Shown: positions 1 to 9,226 of the stretch, one piece after another
Position numbering within the stretch: the stretch's first letter is position 1
How the letters are laid out: every line of letters starts with the position of its first letter
Source: Deltaproteobacteria bacterium
Lineage (GTDB): Bacteria > Myxococcota_A > UBA9160 > UBA4427
Assembly (NCBI GenBank): GCA_029261835.1
Contig: JAJDAO010000026.1
Coordinates: forward strand, 260,666 to 324,665
Length of the DNA: 64,000 nt
Reading direction: 5' to 3'
Program-made: the position numbers and the translations under genes
The notes under the pieces: model-generated
Database searches by the model: none
Told to the model about the DNA's origin: nothing
What the model saw: the letters and a program-made list of their open reading frames with translations, nothing else

Positions 1-313
1 CCGAAGGATCCTTATCCATCGCGAGATCCTGCGGCTCAGCCGGATTCTCGCTGACATTCTCTTGGGAGCCGGACTCGGCCTCTTCCGACCGCAGCTCGGT
101 GCCCTCTTCGCCAGGCGTCGCGTCGGCCAGCTCGGCCGAGGTCTCCTCCTCCCGCTCGTCCTCCTCGAGGACCGGGTTCTCCTGGAGCTCCTGCTCGACC
201 AGATTCACGAGTTCGAGCTGGTTGAGCTGGAGCAGCTTGATCGCCTGCTGCAGCTGGGGCGTCATGACCAGCTGCTGCGTCAGCCGCAGCTCCTGTTTGA
301 GTTCGATTGCCAT
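1..313 (-). CDS. rpoN: RNA polymerase sigma-54 factor, N-terminal part (gene runs off the left edge)
   Basis: It is open-ended, so it is absent from the ORF track. My minus-strand translation from the ATG (complement of 311-313) gives [51 protein letters not shown], followed by an acidic linker. This is the Gln/Leu-rich region I signature of sigma-54. The gene lies directly downstream of lptB, as in the conserved lptCAB-rpoN arrangement. Confidence 0.85.
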   Translation of the reverse strand, partial: MAIELKQELRLTQQLVMTPQLQQAIKLLQLNQLELVNLVEQELQENPVLEEDEREEETSAELADATPGEEGTELRSEEAESGSQENVSENPAEPQDLAMDKDPS

Positions 314-426
314 GCTCTCTCTTGTCGCGTCCGTCCCTCACCGAAGCTTGAGTGCGATCTGGTGGGTGTTCGGCCGCCGGCTCTACGTGTTGCCGGATTC
401 TCTCCGCCCCCGGTCCGGGCTTCGGC

Positions 427-1158
427 TCAGTTGAGTCTAAAATTCTCGCCCAGATAAACCTCGCGCACGCGCGGATCCTCGGCGATCTCCAGAGGTGTCC
501 CGAGCTTCAGGATCTCGCCCTCTCGGATGATGTACGCGCGGTCACAAATGGAGAGGGTTTCCCGGACGTTGTGGTCGGTGATCATCACTCCGATGCCGCG
601 ACCTCGCAGCTGCTCGATTATCTTCTGAATGTCGCTGACTGCGATGGGATCAACGCCCGCGAACGGCTCGTCGAGCAGCATGAAACGGGGGGCCAGCACC
701 AGGGCTCGTGTAATCTCGACACGCCGCCGTTCGCCACCCGACAGAGAGTCGGCCCGACGTTCGGCCTTGTCCGTAAGCCCCAGCTCCGACAGCAACTCCT
801 TCAGCCGTTCTCGCCGCAGTCGGCGATTCGGCTCCACCGTCTCAAGAATGGCGTTGATGTTGTCCGCGACCGAGAGCTTGCGGAACACAGACGTCTCCTG
901 GGGAAGATAGGTGATCCCCAGCCGAGCGCGACGGAACATCGGCAGACCGGTGATTTCCCGTTCACCCAGAAAGACCCGCCCGGCAGTCGGTCGCATGCTC
1001 CCGGCAACCATGTTGAAGATCGTCGTCTTGCCCGCGCCGTTCGGGCCCAGCAACCCGACGACCTCGGCAGAGCCGAGCTCGAGGTCAACCGAGTGCACGG
1101 CCCGCTTGGTGCCGAAGCGCTTGACGAGCCCGGCGGCAGATAGAGCCTCGTCGCTCAT
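427..1158 (-). CDS. lptB: LPS export ABC transporter ATP-binding protein
   Basis: Walker A GPNGAGKTT, ABC signature LSGGERRRVEI and Walker B MLLDEPFAGVD are all present. The product is about 243 aa, typical LptB size. The likely start is MSDEAL, giving an ATGA overlap with the lptA stop at 1155-1157. The track ORF extends to 1176. Confidence 0.93.
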   Translation of the reverse strand: MSDEALSAAGLVKRFGTKRAVHSVDLELGSAEVVGLLGPNGAGKTTIFNMVAGSMRPTAGRVFLGEREITGLPMFRRARLGITYLPQETSVFRKLSVADNINAILETVEPNRRLRRERLKELLSELGLTDKAERRADSLSGGERRRVEITRALVLAPRFMLLDEPFAGVDPIAVSDIQKIIEQLRGRGIGVMITDHNVRETLSICDRAYIIREGEILKLGTPLEIAEDPRVREVYLGENFRLN

Positions 1159-2186
1159 CCACCCCCCTGCCGGCAACCATCGGGAGACTCCCCGCTCTTC
1201 GGACGGATCATCACCGAGGCTGCGCCCACCACGCGGGCGCTATCACGCTGCAGATCGAATTCGATCGAGTCGCCGCGCACGATGTCGCAGCCGGAGATGA
1301 GTTCGGCTTGCCCGCTGCAGCTCAGCATCTGATCGGATCGCCGGTAGGTCGCCTGCTGGCAGCGCGCCTGTTGATCGCCCTGATTGACCTGTACGTGGCC
1401 TTTGGCGATGAGCTCATCCGGCTGCGACTGCTGCGCGGCATACAGAGCCTCGAGCTCATCCGTCAGGAGCGTGACGTCACCCTGCACGACGCGTACATTA
1501 CGCGTGAAGACCAGCCGCCGACCACCCCCTTCCAGGGAGACGAACTCGAGCTCTTCGGACACGATTTCGATGGGATCGTCCTTGTTGGCAGTCCCGAACG
1601 CAAAGAGCGGTGTGCGCTCTCCCCCTTCCGCTTCGGGCGAACGCGTCGAGACCGCGGGCGGCTCTGTTTCGGGCGGGAGCCAGCCCAAACCGGTCACGAT
1701 CGATACCGCCAGCCCTTCTGCGACACGCTCGAGCTCACTCTCGTTCTGGAACACCACACGGTGACTCTCGGCCGTGCCACCGCTGTGACCGGAACGAACC
1801 ATGACTTCGATGGCACGCCCCGACCAGCCGGCATCCAGCGGCGCCTGCGGCGTCGCATCCACACGTCCGACCACGATTGCGTCGAGCCCCTGCGCAAAGG
1901 CAACGCGGCGAACGACTCGCGGTTCGGCCTGTGGATTCAGCGGCTCGCCGAGCTCGTCGGGCGTCACGACGCGAACGCCGGACCGGCCGGCGAGTCGTTG
2001 CGCCAGGATCTCGGCAATCCTGCTGCCAGGAGGTGTGCCACCGCCCTCGAAGCTCGCAACCCCGACACTGAGCTGCGGCTCTGCCACCTGTGACTGGGCT
2101 CCACCGAGCGCCATCGTCGAACCGCAGACGACGAACACGCTGAGCCAGCAGACGACAGCCCGGCAGCCGCTGTAACCAGTTCGCAT
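1155..2186 (-). CDS. lptA: LptA/OstA-domain periplasmic LPS transport protein with a long N-terminal extension
   Basis: The C-terminal half (VFTRNVRVVQGDVTLLTDELEALY...AKGHVQVNQGDQQARCQQATYRRSDQMLSCSGQAEL...GDSIEFDLQ) looks like the OstA/LptA beta-jellyroll repeat. An N-terminal signal-like segment is present. The gene lies between lptC and lptB. Confidence 0.75.
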   Translation of the reverse strand: MRTGYSGCRAVVCWLSVFVVCGSTMALGGAQSQVAEPQLSVGVASFEGGGTPPGSRIAEILAQRLAGRSGVRVVTPDELGEPLNPQAEPRVVRRVAFAQGLDAIVVGRVDATPQAPLDAGWSGRAIEVMVRSGHSGGTAESHRVVFQNESELERVAEGLAVSIVTGLGWLPPETEPPAVSTRSPEAEGGERTPLFAFGTANKDDPIEIVSEELEFVSLEGGGRRLVFTRNVRVVQGDVTLLTDELEALYAAQQSQPDELIAKGHVQVNQGDQQARCQQATYRRSDQMLSCSGQAELISGCDIVRGDSIEFDLQRDSARVVGAASVMIRPKSGESPDGCRQGGG

Positions 2187-2189
2187 CTC

Positions 2190-2777
2190 TCAGCGACCCC
2201 TCACGACACTGCTGCCAGCCAGCAGCCGAAAGCGGTCTTCCCGCATGTCGTAGCGGAAGCCACCACCCCGATAGGTGCCACCCGCATCGCGAATCAGTAC
2301 CGGCGCATCGCTGTAGAACACACCCCCGGAGTCGTCGTAGCCGATCCACTCCGCCTCGAACTTCAATCCCTCGGAGGTTCGACCGTGGATCTCGCCTTCC
2401 AGACGAAAATCATTCGTAGCGAGGTTGATCCGCCCGCGTTGACAACGCAGCTCGAGCCCGAGGCGATGTTCGGCGGGAATCACGTTGACATGGACCTGCT
2501 CCAGTTCGGCGGTCTGCGTATCCGTGAAATAGTGAGCCGTCTCCGACCACAGCACGAACTCATTGACCGAGTCCCGGCTCGAGACGAACGTCATGCCACC
2601 GATGTCCAGGCTGTCTTTCTGCCCCAGAGCCGTTCCGCTCCAGGCTACCGTCAGCAGCACCGCGAGTTCGACGATCGCCCATCGGCACGATCCGGCGCGA
2701 GCGATCGCCTCTCGACCGCGGCCGCCCGCTCGACGTCTGCGGTCGAGCCCGCGACCCGCTTCCCGGCGGAAGACCAT
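2190..2777 (-). CDS. lptC: LptC-like LPS export protein (membrane-anchored)
   Basis: It sits immediately upstream of lptA. It has a single N-terminal TM (IVELAVLLTVAWSG) followed by a beta-rich periplasmic domain (FVLWSETAHYF...VHVNVIP...NLATNDFRLEGEIHG). The start is chosen at the internal MVFRR; the 5' part of the 301-aa track ORF is Arg-rich junk. Confidence 0.65.
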   Translation of the reverse strand: MVFRREAGRGLDRRRRAGGRGREAIARAGSCRWAIVELAVLLTVAWSGTALGQKDSLDIGGMTFVSSRDSVNEFVLWSETAHYFTDTQTAELEQVHVNVIPAEHRLGLELRCQRGRINLATNDFRLEGEIHGRTSEGLKFEAEWIGYDDSGGVFYSDAPVLIRDAGGTYRGGGFRYDMREDRFRLLAGSSVVRGR

Positions 2778-2854
2778 TCTGCCTCGCCAGAACGCGAATC
2801 TGCCCCGTATCACCACGGACCTTCGTGCGTTGTTCCGGCCAGCAACAGTCCGAG

Positions 2855-3121
2855 TCAGTCCGTGCGGCCGAAGAGGGTCTTGAATGGCTCGTGTGACCCC
2901 ACCCAGTAGGCGGGGCGCATGACGACGTAATCGAGCGCGACGCCGATCGGATGCACGACGTATGCGACTATCCGGAGCGGGTGCCCAGCTTGCTTCGGGT
3001 CGTACTTGTCCGCACCGGCAGTCAGCGGCGTGCCGGCGATGATTGCCGCCAGCATGCAGCCGCTGAGCCACCAGAGGAGCCGTCTTGAAGGGCACACCGC
3101 GGCCACGTTCTTCTCGGCCAT
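2855..3121 (-). CDS. small lipoprotein, unknown function
   Basis: A lipobox L-S-G-C follows a hydrophobic segment (RRLLWWLSGCMLAAIIAG). The product is short at about 88 aa. The start is ambiguous (3121 or 3151). Confidence 0.45.
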   Translation of the reverse strand: MAEKNVAAVCPSRRLLWWLSGCMLAAIIAGTPLTAGADKYDPKQAGHPLRIVAYVVHPIGVALDYVVMRPAYWVGSHEPFKTLFGRTD

Positions 3122-3271
3122 TCGTTTGGCGCCACCGTCGCCCCTCCGCATTCCTGTCTCCCCGTTGTCTGCCGGCTGCTCGAGCTTCCCGTCAGTGCGA
3201 GTCGCGAGCAGCCTCTGTCCAAGTCCTTTGCCGCGCTTGTACGCTCGGCCCGAGCAAATATCGGGCCAAAG

Positions 3272-4789
3272 TTACCGCCTAGATCGGTCGGCCGCAGCAT
3301 GAAACTGAGCGCGGCCCACCCCATCGCGTCTGGCCATCGCCTCACGGCCGGGCTTCCCGGGCGGCCTGCGCACCTCCTCTTCCACTTGATCGCGCACGGC
3401 CGTCCAATCGTGCAGCAGGCGCCGCCGAGCGCCCCGCGCATCGACTTCGCGGTAGCCCATGCGACGGGCCAGCGCGATCTGCTCTGGCGCACGCTCGGGA
3501 AAGTCGCAAACGGGCTGCTCGTCCGCGAGCTGCAGGAAGTGCTCTGCGCGGCGGAGCCAGCCATACGCGTCGCTCGCGGAGCGAGCCGAGACTTCGTCGA
3601 GGTAGCCATACAGGCCGAGCCGCGTCAGGGCCTCAAGTATATTGCCGGTTCTCAGTCGAGCATCACTCGCCCCGTGGGTGACGACCAACTGGTGAACGAA
3701 GACTTCGAGCTGCCGGATTCCTCCAGCACCCCACCGCAGATCCCGCTCGAGTCCTTCGCCGGTTCGGGGTTGCGCGACCCGGCTCAACTGAGCCGAGGTC
3801 ACCCCGAAATCGGCCTGGAGCCCGGGCCAGATGCCGCGCACAAAGGCTTCAGCGGGATCGCCAGCACCGAGCAGACGCCGGGCGGAAAGCAGTCTGGACG
3901 GAGCGAGAAGAGCGTCCCTCGCAGCGACGTCGAACGCGCCCCAAAGCGGCGGAAGCGCCAGCGGCGCCAGACGCTGCGCGCGCGGAACGCCGGCGGGCAG
4001 CAGCCAGGCGGAAAGGCGGTACAGCACGCCATCTCCGCGCTCGAGCCCGGACAGCAGCACCTGCATCAGGCGCTCGAACCCGTGCCGCCAGCTCGAGCCC
4101 GCACGCTCGGGCGTCAGGAAGAGCAGTTCGACACTCGGCGTGATCGAGATTTCCCGGCGCCCTAAGCTCCCCAGCGCCAGCGTCGGCGGCACCGGAATCC
4201 CGGCCTCTTGAGCGGCGCGCTCGAGCGCTCGCGCCAGGCAGCGGGAGGCCAGCTCCGAGAGCTCGACAAAGCTCTCCTGCAGCGGGCAGCCGAGCAGCTC
4301 GCGGGAGGCCACCCGGAGCAGCCCGCGGTACTTGGCCTCGCGGATGTCCGCCCAGCCGCTGTTCAGTCGCGGCTGGTCCTTCTCGGGCGCCGCCGGGGGA
4401 TCGCCCGCCAGATCATCGGCCCAATGGGGGTTCTCGATGAGCTGTCTTGCGAGGAAGTCGCTGGATCCGAGCAGCAACGCGAGCGACGGCATCACAGCGG
4501 CGTCCAGGGGGCGGCCGAGCTCCTCGCGCATGCGTCCCGCAAGCTGATAGAGAGCCTGCGCCCCACGACCGGGCCGAGCGGACAGCAATAGGGCGGGAAG
4601 CCACGAGGCGCGACTGGCCCGCAGCTCCGGCAGGCGTGCGACACGCCGAAGCACCTCGGCTGTCCGAACCGGGTCCGGCTCGCCGAGCCTTGTGAGAACG
4701 TCGATCGGCGGCGGCTCCTCTCGTTGCAGCGAAGCAAGAGCCGCTGAAATCACACCGTCCACGGCGAACCCCCCTGGCACCGTGCACAC
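3272..4789 (-). CDS. single-module GlnE-like nucleotidyltransferase (glutamine synthetase adenylyltransferase family)
   Basis: It has a GxLGxRE NTase strand motif (LGSLGRREISITPSVELLFL) and, downstream, DLRWGAGGIRQLEVFVHQL. The latter resembles the GlnE/GlnD DIKxGxGGIRxIEF motif. At about 505 aa it is roughly half of a canonical two-module GlnE. Confidence 0.65.
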   Translation of the reverse strand: MCTVPGGFAVDGVISAALASLQREEPPPIDVLTRLGEPDPVRTAEVLRRVARLPELRASRASWLPALLLSARPGRGAQALYQLAGRMREELGRPLDAAVMPSLALLLGSSDFLARQLIENPHWADDLAGDPPAAPEKDQPRLNSGWADIREAKYRGLLRVASRELLGCPLQESFVELSELASRCLARALERAAQEAGIPVPPTLALGSLGRREISITPSVELLFLTPERAGSSWRHGFERLMQVLLSGLERGDGVLYRLSAWLLPAGVPRAQRLAPLALPPLWGAFDVAARDALLAPSRLLSARRLLGAGDPAEAFVRGIWPGLQADFGVTSAQLSRVAQPRTGEGLERDLRWGAGGIRQLEVFVHQLVVTHGASDARLRTGNILEALTRLGLYGYLDEVSARSASDAYGWLRRAEHFLQLADEQPVCDFPERAPEQIALARRMGYREVDARGARRRLLHDWTAVRDQVEEEVRRPPGKPGREAMARRDGVGRAQFHAAADRSRR

Positions 4790-5047
4790 TGAATGGAATC
4801 GGGACCGGGTTCCAGCATCCAGTCCGTCTCCATCCTTCCTCTGCTACCGGCGAGGTCTTCAGCCGCGCCCTGCGCACGCGGCGAAGTCACCTTCGCCAAA
4901 CTCCTTCGGAAGCATTCCGCGCCTACCGACAGCGCGCAGCGGGAGAAGAACGCAAACAGGCCGGCAATAATGCACGGCCGGTTTACGGGTGTTCGCCCCG
5001 GCCCGCCTGAGGTTTCCCGCACGATGAGAAGCGGACGTCGCGAACTG

Positions 5048-6493
5048 CTAGCGGCGCCAGAATCCGCTGCTGAGAAGAACGAGCAGCGTAAAGAGCTCCA
5101 GGCGGCCTGCGATCATGCAGAACGCGAAGGTCAGCTTCACGGCGGCGGGGAAGTGCGCGAAGTTGTCTGCGGGTCCGATCTCACCCAGGCCCGGGCCAAC
5201 ATTGCCCACTGTGGTGAGCGCCGCGGACATGGCCGTGATCAGGTCATAGCCGAAGGCCGTGACGACGAGTGCTGTGACCCCCACGAGTGCAAAGTAGACT
5301 GCGAGAAAGATCCAAGTGCCGGCGAGAATATCGTTCGGAACGGGCTTCCCGCCGTAGTGCACGGGCGGCCGGATCGCATTGCGATGGGCGGCCGTGGCAA
5401 ATGTATTTCGCACCGCGCGAAAGGCCAGCACGGCTCGCAGGCTCTTGACGCCACCGCTGGTAGAGCCCGCCATCGCCCCGAGAATCATTAGAGAGAGCAG
5501 CACCAGATGACTGAGACTCGGCCAGAGCTCGAAGTCGGCCGTGGTATAACCCGTCGTCGTCATGACCGACACCACCTGGAAGACGACGTGTCTGAACAGG
5601 GGGCCGTCCCCGCTCGGCGCCTGGACACGCCAGGCCGCCAGTGCGATCAGCAACACGGCCAAGCTCAGCACCGAGAGGTAGTAACGCAGCTCCGTGTCTT
5701 CCCACACGGTCCGCACACGCCCCGTCAAGAGCCGATAGTGAAGCACGAAGTTCATCCCGGCGAGAATCATGAAGACGATCACCACCCAGTCGATGGCCGC
5801 GGAGTCGTAGGCGCCGATCGAAGCATTCCGCGTGGAGAACCCACCTGTGGACAGCGTCGTGAGCGAGTGGCAGAGCGCATCGAAACCCGACATTCCCGAC
5901 AGCAGCAAGGCCAAGCATTCCGCCAGGGTCAAGCCGACGTAGATGAGCCACAGCTGCCTCGCGGTCTCGGCCACGCGCGGGCGAATCTTCTCCTTGACCG
6001 GCCCCGGAACCTCGGCTTTGAAAAGCCGCATGCCGCCAATTCCGAGAATCGGCATCAGCGCCACGGTAAAGACCACGATCCCCATGCCGCCCAACCACTG
6101 CGTGAGCGACCGCCACAACAGCAGCGCGCGCGGGGTCTCCTCGATTGCGACCAGCACTGTGGATCCGGTGGTCGTAAAGCCCGCGACCGACTCGAGCAGG
6201 CCATCCACAGGGGACAGTACGCCTGTCGTGACGTAGGGCAGCGCTCCGAACACCGATGCCAGAATCCAGGCGCTACTCACGATGAAGAATCCGTCCCTGG
6301 GACGTACGCGCACGTTCTCGGGACGCACGCCGAGCGCGATGGGCAGCCCGAGCAACAGGGGCACAGCAGCGCTGATGAGGTAGGGCAAGGCCGCTTCGGC
6401 GAAGAGCAGGGCCGCGATCAGCGGCACGAGCTGGAAAGCACCCATCAGCACCAACAGCCAGCCGATCAGTTGCGTGGCGAGCAGGATGTTCAT
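5048..6493 (-). CDS. trkH: Trk-type potassium uptake protein, membrane subunit
   Basis: The protein is polytopic and carries repeated selectivity-filter-like motifs (TTTGST, LSTGGFS, MTTTGYT, GSTSGGVK) typical of TrkH/KtrB. The start is taken at MNILLATQ; the upstream 45 codons are Arg/Pro-rich. Confidence 0.9.
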   Translation of the reverse strand: MNILLATQLIGWLLVLMGAFQLVPLIAALLFAEAALPYLISAAVPLLLGLPIALGVRPENVRVRPRDGFFIVSSAWILASVFGALPYVTTGVLSPVDGLLESVAGFTTTGSTVLVAIEETPRALLLWRSLTQWLGGMGIVVFTVALMPILGIGGMRLFKAEVPGPVKEKIRPRVAETARQLWLIYVGLTLAECLALLLSGMSGFDALCHSLTTLSTGGFSTRNASIGAYDSAAIDWVVIVFMILAGMNFVLHYRLLTGRVRTVWEDTELRYYLSVLSLAVLLIALAAWRVQAPSGDGPLFRHVVFQVVSVMTTTGYTTADFELWPSLSHLVLLSLMILGAMAGSTSGGVKSLRAVLAFRAVRNTFATAAHRNAIRPPVHYGGKPVPNDILAGTWIFLAVYFALVGVTALVVTAFGYDLITAMSAALTTVGNVGPGLGEIGPADNFAHFPAAVKLTFAFCMIAGRLELFTLLVLLSSGFWRR

Positions 6494-6738
6494 GCGGGAC
6501 GATCCCTTCTTCGCCGGGGCGCGGCCGGCCAGAAAGTACAGCAGCGGACCAGATCGCGGACCGGCCGTGGGCGCGCGGCTGCGGTCTCGGCACGGGGAGC
6601 GGAGGCACCTTCGCAGCGAGCCCGCCACGCTGCGGTCAATCGCATATTTCAGGTTGACCCGAGGGGCAGATCGCCATTGTGCGAAAAATGCCAGCCTTTT
6701 TGCTAGGAAGTTCTGCGATGGATCGATAGACTGGCGTT

Positions 6739-6754
6739 CTAAATCGCGATTTAG
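6739..6754. promoter_or_regulatory. perfect 16-bp palindrome CTAAATCGCGATTTAG in the divergent trkH-ilvB intergenic region
   Basis: Read directly from the sequence. The palindrome is relatively AT-rich and lies in a lower-GC intergenic stretch about 95-130 nt upstream of the ilvB start candidates. Confidence 0.3.
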
Positions 6755-6846
6755 CTAACAGATACCCAGGGGGCAGGCGATATTGATGGAAGACAGCTCG
6801 TGTTTCTGCGAGTTGTGCTTCGAGTGTCGTCCGCGAATCATCCAAA

Positions 6847-8601
6847 TTGGCCATTACTCACGAAAGAACCAGGGCAGATCAATCGATGGACGCAAGAATT
6901 CCGACCGGAGCAGAGAAACTCATCCAATGTCTAGAGCGCGAAGGGGTCGAACACATCTTCGGCCTCTCTGGCGGCGCGGCGATTCCGCTCTTCGACGCGC
7001 TGGTCGACTCTTCGATCAAGCTGATCCTGGTTCGGCATGAGCAGGGGGCGGTCCACATGGCCGACGGCTATGCGCGAGCCACCGGCCGGCCGGGCGTCGC
7101 GCTCGTGACCTCGGGTCCCGGCGCGACGAACACGGTCACGGGCCTGCTCACCGCCCACATGGATTCGGTGCCCGTCGTCGTGCTGACGGGCCAGTGCGTC
7201 TCCGACATGTTGGGCAAGGACGGCTTCCAGGAGGCGGACGTCACAGGCATCACCTATCCGGTGGTCAAGCACAGCTATCTGGTGCGCGACGCGAACGGCA
7301 TCCCGAGAATCACGCGCGAGGCGTTTCACATCGCGACCACCGGTCGCCCCGGCCCGGTGCTGATCGATCTGCCGAAAGACATCACCCAGGGGCCCTGCAC
7401 GGCGCCCTTCGTCGATGAGATCAATCTGCCCGGCTACACGATCCCCGGGCGCGGGGAGCCCGAGTCCATCTCCGCCGCCGCCGACCTGCTCTCGGCAGCG
7501 CGAAGACCCGTGCTCTGTATCGGACACGGCACCGTCATCGCAGATGGGGGCAAGGCGGCCGTCACACTGGCGGAGAAGCTCGGCGCACCCGTGGTAGCGA
7601 CGCTGCTCGGCAAGGGTGCAGTGGACGAGAACCACCCGCTACACCTGGGCATGCTCGGCATGCACGGCACCGCTTACGCGAACAGGGCCGTGGCCGAGTG
7701 CGATCTGCTGATGGCGGTGGGCTCGCGTTGGGACGATCGCATCACGGGCAAGCTGGACGAGTTCTGCTGCGATGCGGTCAAGATCCACATCGACATCGAC
7801 CCGGCGGAGTTCAACAAGATGATCAGACCCGACATCAGCATCGTGGGAGACGCACGGCTGGTGCTCGAGGACCTGATCCCGCTCGTCGAGCCTGCGGACA
7901 CGGATGCCTGGCTGCGACGCTGCGAGACGTGGCGCAACAAGTATCCGCTCAAGTACGCCCGGCAGGGGGGGCTGCGAACACAACACGTGATCGATCGTCT
8001 CAACGCACTGACCCAAGGCCAGGCCGTCATCGCGACGGACGTCGGCCAGCACCAGATGTGGGCCGCTCAGTTCTGCAAGGTCTCCGCCAACCGCCACTGG
8101 ATCAGCTCGGGCGGCGCCGGGACGATGGGATTCGGTCTGCCGGCGGCGATCGGCGCCCAATTCGCGTGCCCGAACAAGAAGGTCTGGGCCATCGTCGGCG
8201 ATGGCGGCTTCCAGATGACCCAGGCGGAGCTCGCCACGGCGGCGATCCACGACCTTCGCATCAAGTGCCTCATCATCAACAACAACTACTTGGGCATGGT
8301 GCGACAGTGGCAGGAGCTGTTCTTCGAGAACCGCCTCTCGGGCGTCGATCTCGAGGGCAACCCGGACTTCGTGAAGCTCGCTCAGGCATATGGCATCAAG
8401 GCCCTGCGCATCCGCCGTCCAGCCGACATCGATCGCATCCTCGCGCAGGCCCACGAATACGATGACGGCCCCTGCGTGGTGGTGGCCGAGGTCGCCAAGG
8501 AAGACAACGTCTTTCCGATGATCCCCGCCGGCGCACCGATGACCGGCATGATCATCGAGAAGCCCAAGCACAGGCTCGACAAGCCCACCGGGAGCACCTG
8601 A
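6847..8601 (+). CDS. ilvB: acetolactate synthase (acetohydroxyacid synthase) large subunit
   Basis: The full-length ThDP enzyme signature is present: GAEKLIQCLEREGVEHIFGLSGGA, GPGATN, and the ThDP motif GDGGFQMTQAELATA...NNNYLGMVRQWQ. An alternative start lies at 6886 (MDARIP). Confidence 0.95.
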   Translation: MAITHERTRADQSMDARIPTGAEKLIQCLEREGVEHIFGLSGGAAIPLFDALVDSSIKLILVRHEQGAVHMADGYARATGRPGVALVTSGPGATNTVTGLLTAHMDSVPVVVLTGQCVSDMLGKDGFQEADVTGITYPVVKHSYLVRDANGIPRITREAFHIATTGRPGPVLIDLPKDITQGPCTAPFVDEINLPGYTIPGRGEPESISAAADLLSAARRPVLCIGHGTVIADGGKAAVTLAEKLGAPVVATLLGKGAVDENHPLHLGMLGMHGTAYANRAVAECDLLMAVGSRWDDRITGKLDEFCCDAVKIHIDIDPAEFNKMIRPDISIVGDARLVLEDLIPLVEPADTDAWLRRCETWRNKYPLKYARQGGLRTQHVIDRLNALTQGQAVIATDVGQHQMWAAQFCKVSANRHWISSGGAGTMGFGLPAAIGAQFACPNKKVWAIVGDGGFQMTQAELATAAIHDLRIKCLIINNNYLGMVRQWQELFFENRLSGVDLEGNPDFVKLAQAYGIKALRIRRPADIDRILAQAHEYDDGPCVVVAEVAKEDNVFPMIPAGAPMTGMIIEKPKHRLDKPTGST

Positions 8602-8603
8602 GA

Positions 8604-9140
8604 ATGAGTGCAGCATCGATGATCGCGCCGGGGACCCGCTCCTCGGACAGCAAGAACATGCACACCATCTCCGTCTTCGTAGCCGACGAGCCGGGCGTGC
8701 TGGTTCGCGTAGCGATGGTTTTCTCTCGGCGGGGCTACAACATCGAGAGCCTCGTCGTGAGCCCTTCGGCGCGCAGCGGTTTCTCACGCATGACCATCAC
8801 CTGCTCCGGAGACACCTCGATCCTGGAGCAGATGATCAAGCAGCTCGCGAAGCTGGTCGACGTCATCCGTGCCGTCGATCACACCGACGACAACGCCTAC
8901 GAGACGGAAATCGCATTGATCAAGCTTCAGTGCGACACCGACGAAAGAAGCGAGATCCTGCAGATCGCCGAGCACTTCAATGCGAAGGTCGTGGACTATG
9001 GCATCGAGAGCGTCGTACTGCGCGTCTACGGCAGCAGCGAGAAGATGGATGCCATGATTTCACTACTCTCCATATTCAAGGTTGCGGAGCTGGTTCGCTC
9101 GGGCAAGATTCTGATGGCGCGAGGCATTAAATCCACCTGA
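8604..9140 (+). CDS. ilvN: acetolactate synthase small (regulatory) subunit
   Basis: An ACT-domain N-terminus (HTISVFVADEPGVLVRVAMVFSRRGYNIESLVV) is followed by the ALS_ss_C-like tail. The gene starts 2 nt after the ilvB stop. An alternative start lies at 8658. Confidence 0.9.
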   Translation: MSAASMIAPGTRSSDSKNMHTISVFVADEPGVLVRVAMVFSRRGYNIESLVVSPSARSGFSRMTITCSGDTSILEQMIKQLAKLVDVIRAVDHTDDNAYETEIALIKLQCDTDERSEILQIAEHFNAKVVDYGIESVVLRVYGSSEKMDAMISLLSIFKVAELVRSGKILMARGIKST

Positions 9141-9170
9141 GCGCGCACGAGCCGGCTCTCACCCCGCTAG

Positions 9171-9187
9171 GGAACCTCTGCACAAGC
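9171..9187. repeat. IS left inverted repeat
   Basis: GGAACCTCTGCACAAGC. Its reverse complement is found at 10297-10313. Confidence 0.85.
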
Positions 9188-9226
9188 CTCTCCGAACACG
9201 GTACACAGTAGCCGGGGGGTACAGAG

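Noticed and set aside
3247-3267. Hairpin GGCCCGA-GCAAATA-TCGGGCC downstream of the GlnE-like gene as a terminator
   Set aside because: The stem is only 7 bp, and no T-run follows on the relevant (minus) strand.
5507-6706. 399-aa plus-strand ORF antisense to trkH
   Set aside because: The translation is Arg/His/Gln/Pro-rich with no domain features, and the opposite strand encodes a clear TrkH. This is a typical shadow ORF of a GC-rich genome.
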